This document shows positions 50,684-62,824 of a DNA stretch of 64,000 nucleotides, one piece after another (positions within the stretch are counted from its first letter, which is position 1; every line of letters begins with the position of its first letter). The notes beneath the pieces were generated by a model. It was not told the origin of the DNA. It saw nothing but the letters and a program-made list of their open reading frames with translations, and did no database searches. The position numbers and the translations under genes were made by a program. Source of the stretch: an uncultured delta proteobacterium (GTDB lineage: Bacteria > Myxococcota > Myxococcia > Myxococcales > Anaeromyxobacteraceae); the NCBI GenBank assembly GCA_963766715.1, contig CAVYBH010000008.1, positions 1-64,000 of the forward strand, given 5' to 3'.

Positions 50684-52418
50684 TCAGCCGATCCGTGAAC
50701 TTCGGTGGAACTCCTCGACGACGTCGGCCACCGAGACCCTGCGGTCGATGTGGCCGACCCGCTCGTCCAGGTCCTCGGCGCGCAGGATGTCCCGCACCGC
50801 CGCGCGCGCGTCGACGAGCCGCAGGGTCGCCCCGGCCTCCTTCAGCTTCGACTGCATCGCCTCGAGCATGCGCGCACCGGCCAGGTCGACCATGGGCGAG
50901 GACGAGAGGTCGAACACGACCACCCTCGGCGTCTCGGGGCGGGAGCGGATCTCCTTCCAGACGGCGTCCCGCACGTACTCGACGTTGAAGTACAGGAGCG
51001 AGGACTCGACGCGCACCACCAGCACGCCCGGGGTCACCTCGTTGTCCGGGTTTCGCTCCACGTCGGAGAAGATCGCGGGTGCCCGGGATGCGCCCGAGGA
51101 AGGCCACGTTCGGGTGGGCCGCGCGCCGGATGAGCAAGAGCAGCGAGACCACGACCGCCACCATCACGCCCTGGAGGATGCCCAGCAGCAGCACGGCCGC
51201 GAAGGCGACCATCGACACCAGGAACTCGACGCGGCTCACCCGCCAGACGTGGCGCAGCTCGCGGACGTTGACGAGCCCCTTCACCGCGACCAGGACGATG
51301 GCGGCGAGCACGACGGTGGGCAGGTTGGCGAGCAGGCCGGTCAGGAACATCAGGCACAGGCCGATGGTCACCGAGGCGAAGACCAGCGCCAGCGGCGTCC
51401 GGGCGCCCGCCTTGTCGTTCACCGAGGACTGCGACAGGCCGCCGGCCACCGGGTAGGACTGGAAGAGGGCCGCCGCCAGGTTCGCCGCGCCGAGCCCGAG
51501 AAGCTCCTGGCGTGGGTCGACCTCGTCGCCATGCGCCTGCGCCAGCGCGCGGGCCGCGGAGACGCTCTCCACGTACGCGAGCAGCAGGCAGGCGAAGGCC
51601 AGCGGGATGACGCCATCCACGTCCCGAAGCCTCAACGCCGGAAGGTGGAGGCCGGGCAGGCCTTGCGGCAGCGCGCCGACGATCTTGAATCCGAGCTCTC
51701 CCAGCGAGGTCACCGACAGGACCACGATGGAGGCTACGACCACGAGCAGCGCGACCGGCCGCCCCGGCAGGTACCTCTCGCCCAGCAGGAGCAGGGCGAG
51801 CGCGGCGAGGCCGAATCCCAGGACGGCGAGGTTGGTGCCGGGGAGCTGCCCCCAGAGGATGCCGATGCGCTCGAAGAACCCTTCGCCGCCGCCCTTCACG
51901 CCGAAGAGCTTGGGGAGCTGCGTCATCGCGATGGTCAGCGCCGCCCCGGCCTTGAAGCCGAGCAGGATGGTCTCGCTGATGAAGTTGACGATCGAGCTCA
52001 GGCGCAGGAGCCAGCCCAGCAGGCACATGGCCGCGATCACCAGCGCGGTCAGCGCTGCGATGTCGGCCCACCGGGCCGGATCGCCCCCGGCCATGCCGGC
52101 GACCGTGGCGCCGACGAGCATCGAGATCGCGGAGGTGGGACCGATCGCGAGCTGCTTGGACGATCCGAGGAGCGCATAGGCGAATCCGCCCGCCAGGTAG
52201 CCGTAGATGCCGTACTGGGGCGGCAGCCCCGCCAGCGACGCGTAGGCGAGCGACACCGGGATGCCGTAGGCGGCGAGCGTCACGCCAGCCACGGCGTCGT
52301 TCTTCAGCCACCGCGCCTGGTACGTGGGCAGCCATTGCGCGGGCGGGAAGGCCGACCGCCATCCCCGCGCCGGGCCAGTACCGCCAGGATTCGCCGCTGC
52401 GTGCGCCCCTTCGGACAT
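50684..52418 (-). CDS. SulP-family anion transporter with STAS domain (frameshift near 51075)
   Basis: DAVAGVT..IPVSLAYA.LAGLPP.YG.Y, GSSKQLAIGP and S.S.VN..AGART motifs; STAS L.YFN..DLS....D. Confidence 0.92.
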
Positions 52419-52439
52419 CCAGACCTCCAGGACCGGATG

Positions 52440-52921
52440 CTACAGCGATCGTGGCGCGAGGACGACGGCGTGGACACTGGCCCCGTCATGCCCATGCGGC
52501 TGCTGGCTGCCGCCTCGAGGAAGGTCGCGAGGATCCGGACCTGGGTCTTCCCGACGTTGGTCGCGGCGTGAGGCGCCGCCATCGCCTCCATGAAGGCGTC
52601 GCCGGCCCGGTAGACCTTCTTCCCGTGCCCCTCGTAGTCGACCGACACCTCCCCCTCCAGCATGTAGATGAAGACGGGCACGTCGTGGTGGTGCTTCGCG
52701 GTCGTCTCGCCGGGCGCCAGCGTCACCACCACCGTGCGCACGGAGGGAGTGCCCGCCGGGTAGCGCAGCGGCTCGCCGATCGTGGACGTGCCGGTCCGGA
52801 GCAGTTCCTTCACGGAGCCGTACGGACCCTGGGATGGACCGTCCGCCGCGAGCGCCGAGGACCCGAGGAGGAAAGCGGCGAGGGCGAGGGGGGCGCGGGA
52901 GCGGATCGAGACGGGGATCAA
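52440..52921 (-). CDS. Secreted cupin-domain protein (end approximate)
   Basis: Signal peptide; TLAPGETT..HHH..P...YMLEGE and GDAFME....H...N cupin motifs. Confidence 0.8.
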
Positions 52922-53959
52922 TGGGGTCTCCGGTTCCGGAATCCTGCCGGGGACGTCCCGGTCCAGCTCCGGAAGGCGCGGGTGAAGCTCTTCTCGTTGC
53001 GGAAGCCCACGGCCGAGGCCACCTGCTTCACCGACCGCTGGCCGCGGGAGAGCAGCTCCACGGCCTGGTCCCGCCGGGCCTCGTCCTTGAGGGCCTGCAG
53101 CGAGGAGCCCTCCTCGCGGATCTGCCGGTGCAGGGTGCGCACCGACACGTGGAGGAGCCTCGCCGCGTCGCCGGCGGTGCGGACCTCGCCCGCCCTCCCC
53201 TGCAGGAGCTCCCGCACCCGGCGCACCAGCAGCCGGTCGCGCCGGTACTGGAAGACGGTGAAGGCGAGCGCGCGCTCGAGCATCACCTGCATGTCCCGCT
53301 CGTCCCGCCGCAGCGGCAGGGCGAGGTACTGGGCGTCGAAGGAGAAGCCGGCGTGCGCCGCCCCGAAGGTCGACGGTCCCGGGAACATGTGCGAGGTAGG
53401 CAGGCGCGTGCGGGGGAGGCTCGAAGGGGAAGGTGACCCGGGGCAAGGGAATCCGGGAGTCCACCGCCCAGCAGGCGTAGCCATGGGCGTACCGGAGCAG
53501 GGTCACGAGGCAGAGCTCGCGAAGCTCGCCCAGGCGGCGGTGCTCCGCGATCGAGAAGGTGGCGAAGGGCCCCTCCCGGACGAGCGAGAGCTCCACGTCC
53601 CCGGTGAGGAGCCGGTGGTGGCGGCACCAGCGCTTCAGCGCCACCTCCAGGGTGGGCGCGGTGAGCGAGGCGCGGCAGAGCATCCCGTAGCTGCCCCAGG
53701 GCAGCCTGCGGGAGAACCAGCCGAGCGCCTCGTCGTCCAGCTCCTGCATGGCGACGCCGGAGAGGACCTCCATCTGCCGCGCGGTGATCCGCCCGTCGGG
53801 GTCGGCGACCCGCTCTGGCGCGATCCGTGCCTCCCGGAGCGCCGTGCCGGGGTCGATGCCGCGTCGCTCGTAGGCTCGCACCACCGCGCGTGCAAACGCC
53901 ATGGGCGTCTCGGCGGGCTCGGTGGAGGGCGGGGCGGGGCGGGGGGTGGGCCCGGGCAC
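52918..53959 (-). CDS. AraC-family regulator (arabinose-binding-like N-domain), frameshifted; divergent from the leucine-catabolism operon
   Basis: AMQELDDEALGWFSRRLPWGSYGML; SVRTLHRQ..EG.S..KDE.R; GF.NEKSF.RAF..WTG.SP. Confidence 0.88.
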
Positions 53960-54050
53960 GCCAGGATCATCCGTCCTTTGGCACGATTTGCAACCTTCCT
54001 GGCTCCCTGTGTGCCCCCGGCTCCCTACGGTCGGACCCAAGGAGCCACAC

Positions 54051-55215
54051 ATGAACTGGAAGGGACTGGAGTTCGACCTGGGAGAGACGGCCGACGCGAT
54101 GCGGGACATCCGTCCGGCAGTTCGCGCAGGCGGAGATCGCGCCGCGCGCGGCGGACATCGACCGGGAGAACCACTTCCCCATGGACCTGTGGCGCAAGAT
54201 GGGCGCCCTGGGGCTCCTCGGCGTCACCGTCGACCCCGAGTACGGGGGCGCCGGCATGACCTACCTCGACCACGTCGTCGCCATGGAGGAGATCAGCCGG
54301 GCGTCGGCCGCGGTGGGGCTGGCCTACGGGGCCCACTCCAACCTCTGCGTGAACCAGATCCACAAGAACGGGACCCCGGAGCAGCGGCGGCGCTACCTGC
54401 CCCGGCTCGTCTCCGGCGAGCACGTGGGCGCGCTGGCGATGAGCGAGCCGGGCGCCGGCTCGGACGTCGTCTCCATGAAGCTCCGGGCCGACCGGAAGGG
54501 CGACCACTTCGTGCTGAACGGCAACAAGATGTGGATCACCAACGGCCCGCACGCCGACGTGCTGCTCGTCTACGCCAAGACCGACCCCACCGCCGGGCCG
54601 CGGGGCATCACCGCCTTCATCATCGAGAAGGGCATGCCCGGCTTCTCCACGGCGCAGAAGCTCGACAAGCTGGGCATGCGCGGCTCGGACACCTGCGAGC
54701 TGATCTTCGAGGACTGCCGCGTGCCGGCGGAGAACGTGGTCGGCGAGGTGGGACGGGGCGTGAACGTGCTGATGAGCGGGCTCGACTACGAGCGGGCGGT
54801 GCTCGCCGGCGGGCCGCTGGGGATCATGCAGGCCTGCCTCGACGTGGTGGTTCCCTACGTCCACGAGCGCCACCAGTTCGGCCAGGCCATCGGCCAGTTC
54901 CAGCTCATCCAGGGCAAGCTGGCCGACATGTACACCACCCTCTCCGCCTGCCGCGCCTACGTGTACGCCGTGGCGAAGCAGTGCAGCGCCGGCAAGACCG
55001 CCCGCAAGGACGCGGCCGGCGCCATCCTCTACGCCTCGGAGCGGGCCACCCAGATGGCGCTCGACGCCATCCAGTGCCTGGGCGGGAACGGGTACATCAA
55101 CGACTACCCCACCGGCCGGCTCCTGCGCGACGCCAAGCTCTACGAGATCGGCGCCGGCACGAGCGAGATCCGGCGCATGCTCATCGGCCGGGAGCTCTTC
55201 CAGGAGACGGCTTGA
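54051..55215 (+). CDS. liuA: Isovaleryl-CoA dehydrogenase (frameshift near 54110)
   Basis: [38 protein letters not shown] and [17 protein letters not shown] motifs. Confidence 0.93.
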
Positions 55216-55246
55216 TCGGCGACCCGCCGCGGAGGAAGGTCCTGCC

Positions 55247-56856
<1,610 letters not shown>

Positions 56857-56864
56857 GGGTGCGC

Positions 56865-58872
56865 ATGTTCGACAAGATCCTGGTGGCGAACCGCGGGGAG
56901 ATCGCCTGCCGCGTGATCCGGACGGCGCAGCGCATGGGCATCCGCACCGTGGCGGTCTACTCCGACGCCGACGAGGGGGCGATGCACGTGGCCATGGCCG
57001 ACGAGGCCTTCCGCATCGGCCCGCCCGCGGCGCGCGAGAGCTACCTCCAGGCCGGCGCCATCGTCGACGCCGCCCGCCGGAGCGGCGCGCGCGCCATTCA
57101 CCCTGGGTACGGGTTCCTCTCCGAGAACGCCGCCTTCGCCGAGGCCTGCGCCGCGGCCGGCATCACCTTCATCGGCCCCCCTCCGCAGGCGATCCGCGCC
57201 ATGGGATCGAAGAGCGCCGCCAAGCGCATCATGGAGGAGGCCGGCGTCCCGCTCGTCCCGGGCTATCACGGCGAGGAACAGGCGCCGGAGCGGCTGGCGC
57301 GGGAGGCGGAACGGATCGGGTGGCCGGTGCTGGTGAAGGCCACGGCCGGGGGCGGGGGCAAGGGCATGAGGGTGGTGGCCGACGCCGCGTCCTTCGCCGA
57401 CGCGCTGGCCGGGGCCCGCCGCGAGGCGCTGGCCTCCTTCGGCGACGACCGCGTGCTCCTCGAGCGATACCTGGGCCGGCCGCGCCACGTCGAGGTCCAG
57501 GTGTTCGCGGACACCCAGGGGAACGCCGTGCACCTCTTCGAGCGCGACTGCTCGATCCAGCGTCGTCACCAGAAGGTGCTCGAGGAGGCGCCCGCACCCG
57601 GGCTCGATCCGGCCACGCGGGAGGAGATGGGGCGCGCCGCCGTCGCCGCCGCCCGCGCCATCGGGTACGTGGGCGCCGGGACGGTGGAGTTCCTCCTCGA
57701 CGAGGACGGCCGCTTCTACTTCATGGAGATGAACACCCGCCTCCAGGTCGAGCACCCGGTCACCGAGATGATCACCGGGCAGGACCTGGTCGAGTGGCAG
57801 CTCCGCGTCGCGGCCGGGGAGCCCCTTCCCCTGCGGCAGGAGGCGCTCGCCATCACCGGGCACGCCATCGAGGCGCGCGTCTACGCGGAGGACCCCTCCC
57901 GCGACTTCCTGCCGTCCATCGGCGTGCTGGCCCACCTCCGGCCGCCCCGCGAGTCGGCGCACGTCCGGGTGGACACCGGCGTCCGCCAGGGAGACGCGGT
58001 CACCATCCACTACGACCCGATGATCGCCAAGCTGGTGGTCTGGGACACGAGCCGCGCCGCGCGCGGTCCGCCGGCTGCGCACCGCGCTCGCCGAGTACCA
58101 GGTGGTCGGCGTGACCACCAACCTCGCCTTCCTGGGCGCGGTGGCGGCCCACCCGGCCTACGCCGCGGCCGAGCTCGACACCCGCTTCCTCGATCGCCAC
58201 CGGGACGACCTGGTCGGCCACGAGGGCCGGGCCAGCGACACCGTGCTGGCGGTCGCCTGCCTCGACGAGATCCGGCGGCGCGCCACCGAGGCCGAGCGGG
58301 CCGCGCGGACCTCGGAGGACCCGTACTCACCGTGGAACCGCACCGACGGCTGGCGGCTCAACGCCGACTACCACCACACCCTCACCTTCGTGGACGCGGG
58401 CGAGCTGGTCCGGGTGGTGGCCCACTACCGGGCCGACGCGGTGCTCCTCGACCTCCCCGGGGGGCGGGTGACGGCGCGTCTCGGGCGCAGCGGCCCCGAC
58501 GAGCTGGTGGCCGACGTGGGCGGCGCCCGCATCCGCGCCACCGTGGTGCGGAACGGCGTCGACCGGGTGGTGATGATCCAGGGGCGCGGGCACCGGCTCG
58601 CGCTGCACGACCCCGACGCGGCGGCGGAGCGCGACGTCGGAGCCGGCAGCCTGGTCGCCCCCATGCCGGGCAAGATCGTGGCGGTGATGGTGCAGCCCGG
58701 GTCCGACGTGAAGAAGGGGGCTCCGCTCCTCGTGCTGGAGGCGATGAAGATGGAGCACACGGTGATCTCCCCGCGGGACGGGCGGGTCTCGGTGGTCCAC
58801 TTCGAGGCCGGGTCCATGGTCGCGGAGGGCACCCAGCTGGTGGCGCTCGAGCCCTTGCCCGACGAGGGCTGA
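56865..58872 (+). CDS. liuD: 3-methylcrotonyl-CoA carboxylase alpha (biotin carboxylase + BCCP), frameshift near 58060
   Basis: [44 protein letters not shown] and biotinyl EAMKME motifs. Confidence 0.92.
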
Positions 58873-58882
58873 CGCGAGGACC

Positions 58883-59333
58883 TCAGGGGTCTGCGAGCAG
58901 CTGCGGGGCGACCTTGCCGAGCAGGATGGTCTCGGGACCCGGCCGCGTCACGCCGGCGTTCTCGTCCCGCCCTTGCAGGATGAACCGGGGTCACTCCGTT
59001 CACCGAGTCGGGCAGGATCGCCCGGAACTGCTCCTTCGTCAGCTTGTACCGGAGGCCGTCCGCCTGGAAGCGCAGCACGGCCTCCTCGACGTCGAACTGG
59101 GCGGTGGTGCTGTCCCAGTCGAGGACGACGTAGGCGGGCTTCCCTGCGTCCTGGAAGCGGCCACCGGGCCCGTGGTCCTTCATCAACTGGTTCAGGACCC
59201 CGAGATTCCTGTCCGACCAGTTCAGGCGGTCGAGGCTCCTCGCCGCCTGGGGCTGCGGGCCCTGGCATGCGGCAACGAGGCAGGACCCGGCCGCGAGCAC
59301 GGGGAGGAACCAGGGGCGCCGAACGGAAGGCAT
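58883..59333 (-). pseudogene. Internally deleted HAD-like hydrolase lipoprotein
   Basis: Lipobox VAAC and YVVLDWDST (HAD motif I DxDxT); after about 115 aa it jumps to a C-terminal-like piece [17 protein letters not shown]..-stop; HAD motifs II-IV absent. Confidence 0.55.
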
Positions 59334-59530
59334 GGAGATCCAGGGGTCAGCAATCGACGGGCCCGGGCCCGGATCCCCCAATCTCCGGAAACGACAGGGG
59401 ATCCACCCTTGACTCCCGGTGACGCCTGGCACCCGGGGTGTCGCACGACCCCCATCCCTCCCCGACGGGATGACCCCCTCGAGCCCCCGCATCCCGTACA
59501 GTGCTGCCACCTCATGCTCCCGGGAAAGCC

Positions 59531-59974
59531 ATGACCAGACTCGTCGCGTTGGCGGTGGCGTTCGCGCTCGCCGGTTGCGCCTCCAGCCCCCCCACTCCGC
59601 GCATCGACACCTACGACCGGCCCGGCGAGGCGACGGAAGCCGCCGTCGGGAACCCGATGGTGAGCAACCGGAGCACGACCCTGGTCGTCACGTCCATGGT
59701 GCCGAAGCCGCGGGTGGACGGGCTGACCGCCGAATTCGTGTACCTGGGGCTCCTCGGGTCGGATCCGGCCGGCAAGAGCACCATCCGGGTGCGCTACGAG
59801 GAGCACAAGATCGCCAACGGCGTCGAGGACCCGCGCCCCGAGTATCGCGCGGAGGTGACCCTCGACCTGAGCCGGAGCCGGGTCATCGAGTTCCGGGGCT
59901 GGCGCATCGCCATCCTCGATGCGACCGACCGCTCCATCCGGTACCAGGTCATCGGGAGCCCTGCCCCGCCGTAG
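59531..59974 (+). CDS. Hypothetical lipoprotein
   Basis: Lipobox LAGC; beta-rich EFVYLG..IRVRYEE..LDL..IEFRG pattern. Confidence 0.75.
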   Translation: MTRLVALAVAFALAGCASSPPTPRIDTYDRPGEATEAAVGNPMVSNRSTTLVVTSMVPKPRVDGLTAEFVYLGLLGSDPAGKSTIRVRYEEHKIANGVEDPRPEYRAEVTLDLSRSRVIEFRGWRIAILDATDRSIRYQVIGSPAPP

Positions 59975-60051
59975 GGTCGAATCCGTCCTCGATGGGTACC
60001 CCGATGCGCGGCCGTCCACCGGCCCGTTGGGGTCAGCTACCATCGAGGGGA

Positions 60052-60513
60052 ATGACGCCCAAGGAATGCCTGGAAGCCGCGGCCCGCATCGAGGTCCTCG
60101 TGCAGACGATCTACGGCGGCCTCGCGTCCCGCTACGCGGATCGGCCCGCGCTCCGCGACCTCTTCCTCCGGCTCGCCGCGGAGGAGGAACAGCACGCCTA
60201 CCGGATCCGCACCCTGTCTCGCCACGACGTGCAGGCGGCGTGGGACGACGGCACCGCGGCGAACCTCCCCGCCCTCCTGGGCGCGATGGAGGCAGAGCTC
60301 GCCTCGATGGCGGCCGAGGAGGCCGAGGGCCCGGGAAGCGGCAGCCCGCGGAGCATCCTCCTGCGCGTCATCGACTTCGAGAGCCGCTTCGCGTCGATCC
60401 ATGCGGAGTACCTGGCGCGAAGCGTGGAGCCGGGAGTGCAAGGCCTCTTCTCCGCGCTCGCCATGCAGGACCGCCACCACATGGAGCTTCTCGAGCAGGC
60501 GCTGCAGGCGTAG
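60052..60513 (+). CDS. Ferritin/rubrerythrin-like four-helix protein
   Basis: A..IE....Y, LF.RLA.EEEQH and LF.ALA.QD.HH motifs. Confidence 0.7.
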   Translation: MTPKECLEAAARIEVLVQTIYGGLASRYADRPALRDLFLRLAAEEEQHAYRIRTLSRHDVQAAWDDGTAANLPALLGAMEAELASMAAEEAEGPGSGSPRSILLRVIDFESRFASIHAEYLARSVEPGVQGLFSALAMQDRHHMELLEQALQA

Positions 60514-60542
60514 ACGAGGCGCGTTAGGATGACCGGACTGCC

Positions 60543-61883
60543 ATGCGCATCGCGATCGTCGGCTCCGGCCCCGCGGGATTCTACGCCGCAGAAGCGCTCC
60601 TGAAGCGCACCGATACCCCTGTCGACGTCGACGTCTTCGACCGGCTTCCCACCCCGTACGGGCTGGTTCGAGGCGGTGTCGCCCCCGACCACCAGAAGAT
60701 CAAGTCGGTGGCCCGCGTCTTCGCGAGCACCGCAGCCCGCCCCACGTTCCGGTTCCTGGGCAACGTGCAGCTCGGGCGCGACCTGACCGTGGAGGACCTG
60801 CGCCGGCACTACCACCAGATCGTCTACGCCACCGGAAACGAGGCGGACCGGCGTCTCGGCATCCCGGGCGAGGGCATCGGCCGTTGCACGCCGGCCGCCG
60901 TGTTCGTCGGCTGGTACAACGGCCACCCCGACTACCGCGCCGCGCAGATCGACCTGTCGGTTCCCAGGGTCGCGGTGGTGGGCAATGGAAACGTCGCGAT
61001 CGACGTGGCCCGAATCCTGCTGCGCACCCGCGCCGAGCTGGAGCAGACCGACATCGCCGCGCACGCGCTCGACGCCTTGCGGCACAGCCAGGTGCGCGAG
61101 GTCTTCGTCCTCGGACGCCGGGGGCCCGAGCAGGCCGCCTTCTCGCCGGCCGAGCTGAAGGAGCTGGGCGCGATGGAGGGCGCCGATCCGGTCGTGGACC
61201 CGGCCGACCTGGCGGGCTGCGCCGAGGGGGAGAAGGGCGGGAACCTCGAGATCCTGCGCTCCTTCGCCGCCCGGCAGCCGAACGCGGACGCGAAGAAGCT
61301 CCACCTGCGCTTCCTGGTGTCGCCGACGGAGGTCGTCGCCGACGCAGCCGGCAACGTGGCCGGCCTGGCGCTGGAGCGGAACCGCCTGGAGACGCGCCCG
61401 GACGGCAGCGTCGCGGCCCGGGGCACCGGGGACGTCGCGGTGCTCGACGTGGGAATGGTGGTTCCTGCCATCGGCTTCGCCGCCGAGCGCATCCCGGGCG
61501 TTCCCTACGACGAGAAGGCCCGGATCGTCGCCAACGTGGAAGGGCGCGTCGTCGATCCCGTCAGCCGCGCCGTGGTTCCCAACGAATACGTGGTCGGCTG
61601 GGCTCGCAGCGGACCGCAGGGGCTGATCGGCGAGCACAAGCGCGCCTCCGCGATGGTGGTGGCGAACATGGTCGCCGACGGCGCGGGGCTCGCCGCGCGC
61701 CCGCTGCCTCCGCGCGACGCGATCGACGCCCTGCTGCGCGACCGGGGCGTCCAGCTCGTGTCCTTCGAGGACTGGAAACGGCTCGACGACGTGGAGGTGG
61801 CGCGCGGGGCCCGGCGCGGCGCCCCGCGGGACAAGATCGTCGACGTCGATGCGATGCTGGCCGTCCTCTCGCAGGACCGGTAG
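60543..61883 (+). CDS. Ferredoxin-NADP+ reductase, adrenodoxin-reductase/FprA type
   Basis: IVGSGPAGFY, P.GLVR.GVAPDH, FVGWYNGHP, GNGNVAID, GRRGP and GW..GP.G.IG motifs. Confidence 0.9.
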   Translation: MRIAIVGSGPAGFYAAEALLKRTDTPVDVDVFDRLPTPYGLVRGGVAPDHQKIKSVARVFASTAARPTFRFLGNVQLGRDLTVEDLRRHYHQIVYATGNEADRRLGIPGEGIGRCTPAAVFVGWYNGHPDYRAAQIDLSVPRVAVVGNGNVAIDVARILLRTRAELEQTDIAAHALDALRHSQVREVFVLGRRGPEQAAFSPAELKELGAMEGADPVVDPADLAGCAEGEKGGNLEILRSFAARQPNADAKKLHLRFLVSPTEVVADAAGNVAGLALERNRLETRPDGSVAARGTGDVAVLDVGMVVPAIGFAAERIPGVPYDEKARIVANVEGRVVDPVSRAVVPNEYVVGWARSGPQGLIGEHKRASAMVVANMVADGAGLAARPLPPRDAIDALLRDRGVQLVSFEDWKRLDDVEVARGARRGAPRDKIVDVDAMLAVLSQDR

Positions 61884-62019
61884 CGCGCGGCGCGTCACCC
61901 TCCCCGCCGGAGCGCCTTCCGGAGGGGAGGTCGCATCGTGGAGCACACGATAGCCTCGACGGTGCTCCCGTTCCACAGGGGGGGTACACTGGATTGGCCG
62001 TCGACATCGGCCTTCCCGA

Positions 62020-62800
62020 ATGACCACCCCCACCACCGACGACGGCTGGATCCACGTCTGGCACGCCGACCCCGGACTGGCCGCGGACCCGGATGCCCGG
62101 CGCGCCTGCCTCGACCTGCTCGACGGCCCGGAGCGGGAGAGGATGGGGCGCTTCCGCTTCGAGGCCGACGCGACGGCCTACCTGGCCGCCCATGCGCTCC
62201 TTCGCTCGGCGCTTTCCCTCCTCGCCCCGGTGGAGCCGCGATGCTGGCAGTTCCGTCCAGGGGCGCATGGCAAGCCCTTCGTCGAGGAGCCCGGCGAGCA
62301 CCGCGGGCTCTCGTTCAGCCTCTCCCACACCCCGGGGCGGGTCGCCGTGGCCGTCGCGTCGAGAGGCCCGGTGGGGATCGACGTCGAGCACTCGGGCGTC
62401 GCCCGTTCACTCCTGGAGAATCCGGAACGGTTCCTCTCGCCGTCCGAGGCCAGAGCACTCCGGCGCCCTGCCCGTCGCCGACCAGCCGGACCGCTTCCTC
62501 GCCTGCTGGACGCTGAAGGAGTCCTACTTGAAGGCCTCGGGGCTGGGACTGTCCGTGCCGGTGCAGGCCTTGTCGTTCCACCTCGACCCGGGAGCCCGGA
62601 TCCGGGTCAGCTTCGAGCGCGCCATCCAGGACGACCCCGAGGCCTGGCGGTTCCTCCGGTTCGCGGCGACGAGCGAGCACCCGGCGGCCGTCGCCGCGCG
62701 GTGCGCGCCGGGAACTGAGCTGTCGGTGCGCATCCTGGAGGCTTCGCGCCTGCCCCTTGCTGGCTCGTCGCATCATCATGTGACGCCCAATGGGGTGTGA
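62020..62800 (+). CDS. Sfp-type 4'-phosphopantetheinyl transferase (frameshift near 62460)
   Basis: HGKP, FSLSHT, VGIDVE and WTLKESYLKA.G.GL motifs. Confidence 0.9.
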
Positions 62801-62824
62801 TCCCGTGCTCTGGTGAGAGGATCC

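Noticed and set aside
49218..52418. Apparent 1066-aa SulP-DUF2252 fusion
   Set aside because: The STAS domain lies in another frame with its own stop at 50684, and DUF2252 has its own start matching copy 1; artefact of an indel near 51075
53976..53993. TGGCACGATTTGCA as a sigma54 promoter
   Set aside because: GG-to-GC spacing is 2 nt shorter than the strict -24/-12 requirement; more likely part of an AraC site
59340..59530. Intergenic region with short inverted repeats as a riboswitch
   Set aside because: No recognisable riboswitch consensus, and short GC-rich stems are expected by chance
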